A DNA stretch of 24,000 nucleotides, taken from Ilumatobacter sp. (GTDB lineage Bacteria; Actinomycetota; Acidimicrobiia; Acidimicrobiales; Ilumatobacteraceae). The notes beneath the pieces are model-generated. The model was not told where the DNA came from. It made no database searches and was given only the letters and a program-made list of their open reading frames with translations. Shown piece by piece: positions 15,123 through 24,000 of the stretch. The stretch lies in contig DATCZG010000017.1 of NCBI GenBank assembly GCA_036526035.1, positions 42,773-66,772 of the forward strand. The letters run 5' to 3'. How positions within the stretch are numbered: the first letter of the stretch is position 1; the number at the start of each line of letters is the position of its first letter. Made by a program: the position numbers and the translations under genes.

Positions 15123-15152
15123 GCAGACCGGGGCAGACTTGGGACAGACTGG
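15123..15152. promoter_or_regulatory. Three direct repeats CAGAC(C/T)nGG at 10-11 bp spacing; candidate operator
   Basis: gCAGACCGGGG (15123-15132), gCAGACTTGGG (15133-15143), aCAGACTGG (15144-15152). CAGAC cores lie at 15124, 15134 and 15145. The repeats sit 21-50 nt upstream of the oxidoreductase start candidates and 111-140 nt upstream of the regulator start. Confidence 0.45.
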
Positions 15153-15187
15153 CTTCGGCCCCTGCCGCCAGCGTGAACGGAGACGAC

Positions 15188-16453
15188 GTGACCACCACCC
15201 CACGAGCCGCCGAGCCGGCCTTGCCGGCGACCACCGACGTCGTGATCGTCGGTGCCGGCCTGGCCGGTCTCGCCGCGGCGCGGGTGCTGTGCGATGCCGG
15301 CCGCGACGTGGTGCTGCTCGAGGCGTCCGACGGGGTCGGCGGCCGGGTCCGCACCGACGTCGTCGACGGGTTCCGGCTCGACCGCGGCTTCCAGGTGCTG
15401 CTCACCGCCTACCCCGAGCTGCACACCCAGTTCGACCTCGACGCGCTCGACCTGCGGCGCTTCGAGCCGGGGGCGATGGTGTGGAACGGCTCGTCGCTGC
15501 ACCTGGTGGGCGACCCGTTCCGGCGCCCCCGCACGCTCCTCGCAACTGCCACGGCACCGGTCGGGTCGATCGCCGACAAGCTGCGCATCCTGCGCCAGCG
15601 GGTTCGTCTCGCCCGTTCCGGCGCCCCCGATCTGCTGCGGGGCGACGACGTCTCGACGATCGCCGCGCTGCGCGCCCAGGGGTTCAGCGACCGGATCGTC
15701 GAACGTTTCTTCCGGCCGCTGGTGGGCGGCATCCAACTCGACCCGGCGCTCGCCACCAGCCGGCGGATGTTCGACGTCATCCTGCGCAGCCTGATCGAGG
15801 GTGACGTGGCCGTGCCGGCGGCGGGCATGGGGGCGATCCCCGCCCAGCTGGCCGGTCACCTGCCCCCCGGGGTGGTCCGGCTCGGCACCGAGGTCGCCGC
15901 CGTCGCCCCGGGCGGGGTCACCGTCGCCGACGGCCGCCACATCGGCGCGCCGCGGGTGATCGTGGCCACCGAGGGGCCCCGGGCGGCGGCGCTGCTGGGC
16001 CTGCCGGAGGTCGGCTCCAAGCCGGCGTCGTGCGTGTGGTACGCGGCCGACGCCGCCCCGATCGACGGCCGCTACATCGTGCTCGACGGCACCGGCCGCG
16101 GGCCGGCGCTCAACACGTCGGTGATGAGCAACGTCGCCCCCGAGTACGCCCCGGGCGGTCAGGCCTTGATCGCCGCCGCCTGCCCGGGGGTCCACGACCC
16201 GGCGATCGAGCCGGCGGTGCGGGCCCAACTGCGGGCGATGTGGGGCCCGGCGGTCGACGCGTGGCGCCACCTGCGCACCGATGCGATCCTCCACGGCCAG
16301 CCCCGCCAGGAACCACCGTTCGATCCGCGTCGGCGGGTGGCCCTCGGCGACGGCCTGTTCGTCTGCGGCGACCACCGCGACACGGCCTCGATCCAGGGCG
16401 CTTTGTTCTCGGGTCGGCGCTGCGGCGAGGCGGTCGCCGCATCGTTCACCTGA
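15188..16453 (+). CDS. NAD(P)/FAD-dependent oxidoreductase, amine-oxidase/phytoene-desaturase-like fold, about 421 aa
   Basis: Rossmann dinucleotide motif DVVIVGAGLAGLAAARVL…VVLLEASDGVGGRV. C-terminal flavin motif LFVCGDHRDTASIQGALFSGRRCGEAV. GTG 15188 has GGAG 5 nt upstream. The in-frame GTG 15173 (track start) is an alternative. Confidence 0.85.
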   Translation: MTTTPRAAEPALPATTDVVIVGAGLAGLAAARVLCDAGRDVVLLEASDGVGGRVRTDVVDGFRLDRGFQVLLTAYPELHTQFDLDALDLRRFEPGAMVWNGSSLHLVGDPFRRPRTLLATATAPVGSIADKLRILRQRVRLARSGAPDLLRGDDVSTIAALRAQGFSDRIVERFFRPLVGGIQLDPALATSRRMFDVILRSLIEGDVAVPAAGMGAIPAQLAGHLPPGVVRLGTEVAAVAPGGVTVADGRHIGAPRVIVATEGPRAAALLGLPEVGSKPASCVWYAADAAPIDGRYIVLDGTGRGPALNTSVMSNVAPEYAPGGQALIAAACPGVHDPAIEPAVRAQLRAMWGPAVDAWRHLRTDAILHGQPRQEPPFDPRRRVALGDGLFVCGDHRDTASIQGALFSGRRCGEAVAASFT

Positions 16454-16565
16454 GCGCCGACCGGAATACTTCGCCGGGATCGGTGGATAGATCTGGTATG
16501 GCTCGCCGACCGATGCACCTTCCCGACCCGACGACCGTCGCCGCAACGGCCGAGCAGGTGGCACC

Positions 16566-17024
16566 ATGAGCGCCACCCGGCGGGCGGTCGTGGTGAGCAC
16601 CGTGATCGGGCGTTCGCCCGGCGAGGTGTGGGCCGACGTCCGCGACATCGCCTCCCACGTCACCTGGATGCAGGACGCTGCCGAGATCCGGTTCCTCACC
16701 GACGCCCGCGAGGGCATCGGCACCCGCTTCGAGTGCGACACCAAGGTCGGCCCGTTCTCGCTGACCGACGTGATGGAGATCACCGCGTGGGAGGATGCCC
16801 GGCGCATGGGGGTTCGCCACGTCGGCCTGGTCGAGGGCCGCGGCGAGTTCACCCTCGCCGAGCTGGCGGGCGGGGCGACCGAGTTCCGGTGGGAGGAGGA
16901 TCTGATCTTCCCCTGGTTCCTGGGTGGGCCGGTCGGCGCCTTCTTCGCCCGGCCGGTGCTGCGGCTGATCTGGAAGCGCAACCTGGCGCGGCTCAAGCAG
17001 CGCCTCGAAGCCCCGGCGGGCTGA
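16566..17024 (+). CDS. SRPBCC family protein, 152 aa
   Basis: AGGTGG 5 nt upstream of the ATG. SRPBCC-like N-terminus (VVVSTVIGRSPGEVWADVRDIASHVTWM) and a C-terminal amphipathic helix. Confidence 0.8.
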   Translation: MSATRRAVVVSTVIGRSPGEVWADVRDIASHVTWMQDAAEIRFLTDAREGIGTRFECDTKVGPFSLTDVMEITAWEDARRMGVRHVGLVEGRGEFTLAELAGGATEFRWEEDLIFPWFLGGPVGAFFARPVLRLIWKRNLARLKQRLEAPAG

Positions 17025-17034
17025 GGCCGGCGTG

Positions 17035-17538
17035 ATGAACCGGTGGCGACACCCGGTGCCCGACCCGGTCGGCCCCGGGCAGGAGTCGGTGTGGGACTAT
17101 CCCCGCCCGCCCCGGCTCGAGACGTCGGCCCGGCACGTGCGGGTCGAACTGGGCGGGGTCGTCGTCGCCGACAGCGACCGGGCGCTGCGGGTGCTCGAGA
17201 CGTCGCACCCGCCGACCTACTACGTGCACCCCGACGACGTCGCCTGGCAGTACCTCCGCCCGGCGCCGGGTGGCTCGTTGTGCGAGTGGAAGGGCCAGGC
17301 GTCGTACTGGACGGTGGCGGCGGGCGACCAACTGGTCGAGGCCGGCGCCTGGTCGTACCGCGACCCGACGCCGCACTTCGCGGCGATCGTCGACCACGTC
17401 GCGTTCTACCCGGCACGGTTCCGCTGCCTGCTCGACGACGAACCGGTCACCCCCCAGCCGGGCGGGTTCTACGGCGGGTGGGTCACGGGCGAGCTGGCCG
17501 GCCCGTTCAAAGGCGGCCCCGGCACGTTCGGTTGGTGA
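17035..17538 (+). CDS. DUF427 domain-containing protein, 167 aa
   Basis: Characteristic ESVWDYPRPP…, SHPPTYYVHPDDV, CEWKGQASYW and …HVAFYP blocks. ATG 17035 has GAGG 8 nt upstream (GTG 17032 is an alternative). The stop overlaps the next gene's GTG. Confidence 0.8.
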   Translation: MNRWRHPVPDPVGPGQESVWDYPRPPRLETSARHVRVELGGVVVADSDRALRVLETSHPPTYYVHPDDVAWQYLRPAPGGSLCEWKGQASYWTVAAGDQLVEAGAWSYRDPTPHFAAIVDHVAFYPARFRCLLDDEPVTPQPGGFYGGWVTGELAGPFKGGPGTFGW

Positions 17539-18233
17539 CCCGGCGGCCGTCGCCGGCGGGCCAGAATCAGGGCGTGGACGCGACACCCCGAGGCGATCAG
17601 TCGGCGGCGCCCGACGGGGCCGGGCGGCGGCGGGTGGCGGGCTGGACGGCGGCGGCCGCGATCGTGCTGGTGGCGCTGACCGTGATCGTCCTCGCCCATC
17701 CGGCACCCCTGCCCGGCGAGGTGCGCTACGTCGGGTTCCTGCAGCGCCTGGCGGGGCCGGTGCCGTCGGTGGCGCGGTTCGTGCGCCGCACCACGGGCAC
17801 CGAGGCGTCGGTCGCGTTGGCGGTGCCGGCCGGGTTCTGGCTGATCACCCGGTACGGCCGCGCCGGTGGCGGGGCGCTGGCGGTCGCCCTGCTGGCGATG
17901 CTGGTGCTGCAACCGGTGTACAAGGAGCTCGTCGACCGGCCCCGCCCGACCGTCGAGCAGGTCGAGGTGCGCGCCCACCACACCAGCAAGAGCTTCCCGT
18001 CCGGGCACTCGCTCAGCACCACCACCGTGTGGGGCACCGCGGCGGCGCTCGCCTGGCGCCACCGGCGCCGCCCGGTGGCCGGCGTGCTGGCGCTGCCGAT
18101 CGTGCTCACGGGGCTGGCGAGCGCCGTCCAGGGCGTGCACTGGCCGTCGGACGCGCTGGCGGGAACGCTGGCGGGTGCGCTGGCCGCGGTGGTCATCGTG
18201 CGGGTGCTCGGCCCGCCGCCGGCGCCGGCGTGA
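17535..18233 (+). CDS. PAP2-family phosphatase (membrane-associated acid/lipid phosphatase), about 232 aa
   Basis: The three PAP2 motifs are present: KELVDRPRP, PSGHS, SAVQGVHWPSDALAG. There are several TM helices. GTG 17535 is in a GTGA overlap with the DUF427 stop. GTG 17574 is an alternative start. Confidence 0.8.
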   Translation: MTRRPSPAGQNQGVDATPRGDQSAAPDGAGRRRVAGWTAAAAIVLVALTVIVLAHPAPLPGEVRYVGFLQRLAGPVPSVARFVRRTTGTEASVALAVPAGFWLITRYGRAGGGALAVALLAMLVLQPVYKELVDRPRPTVEQVEVRAHHTSKSFPSGHSLSTTTVWGTAAALAWRHRRRPVAGVLALPIVLTGLASAVQGVHWPSDALAGTLAGALAAVVIVRVLGPPPAPA

Positions 18234-18249
18234 CCCGGCCGCCCGCCGG

Positions 18250-19086
18250 TCAGAGGCGGGGCGCGATGGCGTCGCCGGGCAGCGGGCCCTCGGGGTACAG
18301 CGCGCTCTGGAACCGGCGCATGCCGGCCAGCCAACGGTCACGGTCGGCGGCCTTGCGCTCGACGTAGGTGGCGACCTCGGGGTGGGGGAGCACGAGGAAC
18401 CGCTCGTCGCGGATCGCCTCGAGGCACATCCGGGCGACGTCGTCGGGCTCGAGCACCCCGTCGGCGCTCGCCACCCCGCCCTCGAGGTCGCGGTCGCGGC
18501 CCTCGAGGTTGGTCGGGCTGTTCTTGACGATGTTGGTGCGCACCGCCTGCGGGCACAGCACCGAGACCCGGATGCCCTGGTGGTGATGGGTGACCGCCAG
18601 CCACTCGGCGAGCGAGACGGCGGCCGCCTTGGTGATCGAGTACGTCATCGATCCGATCTGGGTCAGCAGCCCGGCGGCCGATGCGGTGTTCAGCAGGTAG
18701 CCCTCGCCCTGGGCGATCATCGACGGCAGCACGGCGCGGGCGGCGTAGATGTGGGCCAGGCAGTGCACCTCCCACATCTGCTGGATCGAGTCGTTGGGGT
18801 CCTCGACGCCGGCGGTGGTGACGTAACCGGCGTTCGACACGAACAGCCCGATCGGGCCGTGGGCGTCCTCGGTGTCGGCGACGAGGCGCACGATCGCCGC
18901 CTCGTCGCGCACGTCGAGGCGGGCTGCCGTGCCGCCGATCGCCGCCGCGACCCGCTCGGCGCCGGCACCGTCGAGGTCGGCGACGACCACGTGGCGGGCA
19001 CCGGCGCCGTGCGCGGCGCGGGCGATCGCCTCGCCGATCCCCGATCCGGCTCCGGTGACGACGACGACCTTGTTCCGCAAGTCCAT
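18250..19086 (-). CDS. SDR family oxidoreductase, 278 aa
   Basis: TGAGSGIG cofactor motif, NAG, and catalytic YSITK (YxxxK). Confidence 0.9.
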   Translation of the reverse strand: MDLRNKVVVVTGAGSGIGEAIARAAHGAGARHVVVADLDGAGAERVAAAIGGTAARLDVRDEAAIVRLVADTEDAHGPIGLFVSNAGYVTTAGVEDPNDSIQQMWEVHCLAHIYAARAVLPSMIAQGEGYLLNTASAAGLLTQIGSMTYSITKAAAVSLAEWLAVTHHHQGIRVSVLCPQAVRTNIVKNSPTNLEGRDRDLEGGVASADGVLEPDDVARMCLEAIRDERFLVLPHPEVATYVERKAADRDRWLAGMRRFQSALYPEGPLPGDAIAPRL

Positions 19087-19156
19087 CCCCGCACCGTACG
19101 CGGCGGTCCGGGCCGCATACGAAACCGGCCGACGGGCGGCGCCCCGACCCTGGGCG

Positions 19157-20830
<1,674 letters not shown>

Positions 20831-20882
20831 GGGACTGGTTTGTAGCACCCGCAGCGTCGCTCCGCCCACCCCGCCGGGCGGG

Positions 20883-21322
20883 TCACGGTGCAGCGAGCCG
20901 GTACGCCTCGGTGAGCAGCGACCGCAGGTCGTCGTCGACGTCGTCGGGCCGCCGAGGTTGGCGACGTGCCAGTACGTGTCGCCGTAGCGCTCGACCCGTC
21001 GGGTGACCGTGCGATGCTGCGCCGGCCGGGCGAGCCAGAACGACAGCGCGACCCACCGTTGCATCGGGCGCAGCTCGGCGAACTCGTGGGGGTTCTTCAA
21101 GAACACGCCGACCGACACGATGTCGGCGTGGAACCAGCCGACGGTGTCGAGGTGGCGCATCACGGCGTCGAACACCGGCCGTTCGTGGGGCGGCCCGGTG
21201 GCGAAGTACTCGTCGAGGGTCAACCCGGGGGCGCAGTCGTGCGACTGCCGGGCCCGTCCGAACAGGCGCCCGCACGCCGGGCAGGTCCAGCCGCCCGTCG
21301 CGCCGTCGGTCGCCGTGTCCAC
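20883..21322 (-). pseudogene. DUF5655-like small protein with N-terminal zinc ribbon, interrupted by a 1-nt frameshift (or sequencing error)
   Basis: Frame A from GTG 21322: MDTATDGATGGWTCPACGRLFGRARQSHDC…FATGPPHERPVFDAVMRHL…VSVGVFLKNPHEFAELRPMQRWVALSFWL…YWHVANLGGP. The expected C-terminus PDDVDDDLRSLLTEAYRLAAP* is in another frame and ends at 20883. The switch is at about 20941-20953, in a GTCGTC/GGGCCGCC context. My recollection of the family name is uncertain. Confidence 0.6.
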
Positions 21323-21368
21323 CGCTCCATCGTGATCGTTCGATGCTGAGCCGGCGGGCCCGGCCCGG

Positions 21369-23267
21369 TCAGCCCGGTGGGCGATGGATCGTGACCGGCT
21401 CGATCGGGTCGGCGGGCTCGAACCCGAGCACCTGGCCGTAGAACCACAGCTCGGCTTCGGTCGCCCGCACGATCGTCTCGGCGCGCCGGAACCCGTGGCC
21501 CTCGCCCTCGAACATCAGCGACGCGACCGGCAGGCCCTTGGCCTGCATCGCCTCGACGATCCTGGTCGAGTGGGCCGGGGGCACCACGGTGTCGTCGAGG
21601 CCCTGCAGCACGATCAGCGGGGAGGCGATCTCGTCGACGTGGTTGATCGGTGAGCGTTCGGCGTACACGTCGGCCGCCGCCGGCCACGGGCCGATCAACG
21701 ACACCGTGTACTGCGACTCGAACTTGTGGTCGTCGCTGAGCAACGCGACGAGATCGGCGACACCGAAGTGGTTGGCGCCGGCCGCGAACACGCCGGCCCG
21801 GGTCAACGCCAGCAACGTGGTGGTGCCGCCGGCGCTGCCGCCGCGGATCAACAGCCGGTCGCCGTCGACGTCGCCGCGGTCGCTCAGGAACCGCGTCGCG
21901 GCGATCGCGTCCTCGACGTCGGCCACGCACCACTGGCCGCGCAGCAGGTTGCGATAGGCGCGCCCGTAGCCGCTGCTGCCGCGGTAGTCGACGTCGACGA
22001 CGGCGATCCCGCGGCTGGTCCAGAAGCGGTGGCCGCTGCCGGCGGCGAACTGCCGCCGCGCCGCCGCCGTCGGCCCGCCATGGATGTACACCAGCAGCGG
22101 CGGCAACTCGCCGGCGGGCAACTCGACGTCGGGATGGGCGGGCGCGTAGTAGAGGGCGTGCGCCGTGGCCCCACCGGCGGTCGGGAACGAGATGAACTCG
22201 GGCCGTGGCAGGAACGCCGGGTCGAGACCGAGGGCGCGCGCCGGGCGCAACACCTCGAGGTGGCCGCCGACGAGCCGCACCACCTCGGCTTCGCGCTGGA
22301 ACGAGGCGCCGACGAAGACCGCGGTGTCGCCGGCCCGCCGCAGCGACGTGATCGAGGTGTAGGGCGTCTCGGCACCCGACGACAGCCGGTCGCCGAGCGG
22401 ACCGCCGACCACGTGGAGGCCGTCGGTGTGTCGCGACATGCCGAACACCCAGTGCGGCTGCACGATGTCGTACTCGCCGCCCGCCACCGCGGTGAGCTCA
22501 CCGGTGTCGAGCGCGACCCGGTAGAGGTTCCACCAGTCGGTGCGGTCGGTGGCCACGATCAGCGAGCCGTCGGCGTACCACTCGGGTTGTTGCAACGCCT
22601 CGTCGCCGTTGCCCACCAGCTTGCGGGCCCCGTGGACGTGGCCGTCGCCGAGTTCGGCGAGCCACAGCTCGGTGGCGTCCCACGGCATGTTCGGATGGTC
22701 CCACTGCACCCAGGCGAGCAGCCGCCCGTCGGGCGACAGGCGCGGCGCGGCGTAGAAGTCGGCGCCGTCGGCCAGCACCTCGACGCGCCCCGAGCCGTCG
22801 GTCGCGACCGCCACGATCTCGTTGAGCGCTTCCCGCCGGTCGCCCGTGTGGCGTTCGCGGACGCACACGTACCACCGCCCGTCGGGCGTGACGCGGCCGT
22901 CGGCGTAGCGCAGGGCGCGTGGCGCGTCGGGCACCGGGGTGAGCAGCACCGGCTCGCCGCCGGCCTCGATCCGGCGCAGCCGCTGGTCGCCGAACTCGAC
23001 GTAGTACGCCACCTCGCGCTCGACCCACCAGGCCCCGCCGCCGTACTCGTGCACGGTCGTGCGCACGTTGGCGTCGGGTGGCGTCACCTCGACGGCGGTG
23101 CCGTCGCGCCAGCGCATCAGGGCCGTGCGGCCACCCTCCTCGGGGCGCGACTCGGCCCACCACACGTCGTCGCCGTCGGGCACGACCTCGGCGACGCCGA
23201 CCGCGCCTCCCACCAACGATGCGGCCGTCACCGGTGATGGCCAGGTGCCGGCGGGAAGCGCTGTCAT
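21369..23267 (-). CDS. S9 family serine peptidase (prolyl oligopeptidase / acylaminoacyl-peptidase-like), 632 aa
   Basis: N-terminal beta-propeller-like region. C-terminal alpha/beta hydrolase with nucleophile GGSAGG, LQGLDDTVVP (Asp) and EGEGHGF (His). AGGA 8 nt upstream of ATG 23267. Confidence 0.9.
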   Translation of the reverse strand: MTALPAGTWPSPVTAASLVGGAVGVAEVVPDGDDVWWAESRPEEGGRTALMRWRDGTAVEVTPPDANVRTTVHEYGGGAWWVEREVAYYVEFGDQRLRRIEAGGEPVLLTPVPDAPRALRYADGRVTPDGRWYVCVRERHTGDRREALNEIVAVATDGSGRVEVLADGADFYAAPRLSPDGRLLAWVQWDHPNMPWDATELWLAELGDGHVHGARKLVGNGDEALQQPEWYADGSLIVATDRTDWWNLYRVALDTGELTAVAGGEYDIVQPHWVFGMSRHTDGLHVVGGPLGDRLSSGAETPYTSITSLRRAGDTAVFVGASFQREAEVVRLVGGHLEVLRPARALGLDPAFLPRPEFISFPTAGGATAHALYYAPAHPDVELPAGELPPLLVYIHGGPTAAARRQFAAGSGHRFWTSRGIAVVDVDYRGSSGYGRAYRNLLRGQWCVADVEDAIAATRFLSDRGDVDGDRLLIRGGSAGGTTTLLALTRAGVFAAGANHFGVADLVALLSDDHKFESQYTVSLIGPWPAAADVYAERSPINHVDEIASPLIVLQGLDDTVVPPAHSTRIVEAMQAKGLPVASLMFEGEGHGFRRAETIVRATEAELWFYGQVLGFEPADPIEPVTIHRPPG

Positions 23268-23322
23268 GAGAACATCCTGTCAGGCTGGTGCCGGTCGCGC
23301 CGCCGGGCGGCTGGTTCGAGGG

Positions 23323-24000
23323 CTAGTTCGAGTAGGTGCTGAGCTTGCCGCCTTCGGCGGCGAGGCGCCCGAGCAGCGGTGACAGCTCCCAGTGGCGGCC
23401 GCCGAGCGACGCGCCGTAGGTGGTGATGCGCTCGACGATCTCGGCCAGGCCGACCGAGTCGGCCCAGTGCATCGGGCCGCCGCGGTAGACGGGCCAGCCG
23501 TAGCCGTTGACCCAGGTGACGTCGATGTCGCTGCCGCGGATCGCGATGCCTTCCTCGAGGATCTTGGCGCCCTCGTTGACCATCGGGTACAGGCAGCGCT
23601 CGAGCACCTCCTGGTCGCTGACCTCACGCTGCTCGATGCCCTTGCCGATCGCGAACGTCTTGATGATCTGCTCGACCTCGGGGTCGGGTGTCGGCTCTCT
23701 GGTGTCGGGGTCGTACGTGTAGTAGCCGCGCCCGTTCTTCTGGCCGCGCCGCCCGCTCTCGCACATCAGGTCGCGCAAGGTCTCGCCCTTGGAGTGCTCG
23801 GCCTTCCAGCCGATGTCGAGGCCGGCCAGGTCGCTCATCGCGAACGGGCCCATCGGGAACCCGAAGTCGTACAGCACCCGATCGACCTGAGCCGGCGTGG
23901 CGCCTTCGAGGATGATCCGGTCGGCCTCGATGCGGCGCTGGAACAGGATCCGGTTGCCGACGAAGCCGGGGCACACCCCGACCATCACGCAGATCTTGCC
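23323..24000 (-). CDS. 3-hydroxyacyl-CoA dehydrogenase (FadB/FadJ-type), C-terminal part; 5' end beyond window
   Basis: CPGFVGNRILF…, GFPMGPFAMSDLAGLDIG, RGQKNGRGYY, DIDVTWVNGYGWPVYRGGPMHWAD. These are typical 3HCDH C-terminal domain blocks. The ORF is open to the window end. Confidence 0.88.
   Translation of the reverse strand, partial: GKICVMVGVCPGFVGNRILFQRRIEADRIILEGATPAQVDRVLYDFGFPMGPFAMSDLAGLDIGWKAEHSKGETLRDLMCESGRRGQKNGRGYYTYDPDTREPTPDPEVEQIIKTFAIGKGIEQREVSDQEVLERCLYPMVNEGAKILEEGIAIRGSDIDVTWVNGYGWPVYRGGPMHWADSVGLAEIVERITTYGASLGGRHWELSPLLGRLAAEGGKLSTYSN

Noticed and set aside
16498-16569. 23-codon ORF (MARRPMHLPDPTTVAATAEQVAP) whose stop overlaps the SRPBCC ATG (ATGA). It could be a leader peptide.
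   Set aside because: Third-position G/C is noticeably lower than in neighbouring genes. There is no convincing SD and no recognisable motif. At this length the ORF could arise by chance. It is worth revisiting only if ribosome profiling shows occupancy.
19087-19156. Weak hairpin GCGGC-ggtccgg-GCCGC between the acyl-CoA synthetase and the SDR, as a possible terminator.
   Set aside because: It has only a 5-bp stem and no T/U-tract, so it is indistinguishable from background in this GC-rich sequence.

Overview
Very GC-rich (about 70% by eye, not computed), densely coding, actinobacterium-like chromosomal DNA. I support 22 protein genes and 1 frameshifted gene. I found no rRNA, tRNA, CRISPR array, transposase or integrase, and no canonical intrinsic terminators, since T-tracts are essentially absent. 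Genes are often translationally coupled by 4-nt start/stop overlaps (GTGA at 793-796, 4395-4398 and 17535-17538; ATGA at 7499-7502 and 9821-9824). The window has four parts. (1) The end of a peptide/nickel-type ABC importer (permease plus fused double ATPase) and an MFS transporter. (2) A TetR regulator, coupled to a 163-aa protein of unknown function. It is divergent from a tightly packed six-gene operon: Cys-type sulfatase, MBL-fold RNase Z-like hydrolase, haloalkane dehalogenase, SRPBCC protein, sulfatase fused to a DJ-1/Hsp31 domain, and a tandem-DUF1330 protein. (3) A putative light-sensing locus. A heliorhodopsin with all signature residues sits directly downstream, on the same strand, of an HTH plus B12-binding regulator carrying the CarH-type W-x9-EH ... 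His motif. This pair is divergent from an operon of FAD oxidoreductase, SRPBCC, DUF427 and PAP2. The divergent intergenic region contains three CAGAC direct repeats at 10-11 bp spacing. (4) Housekeeping-type genes: SDR, acyl-CoA synthetase, a frameshifted DUF5655-like gene, an S9 peptidase and a partial 3-hydroxyacyl-CoA dehydrogenase. The best candidates for something undescribed are the retinal photoreceptor paired with a cobalamin photoreceptor-regulator, and the TetR-controlled sulfatase/dehalogenase operon with its sulfatase::DJ-1 fusion. All functional calls come from motif recognition by eye. No database search was run.
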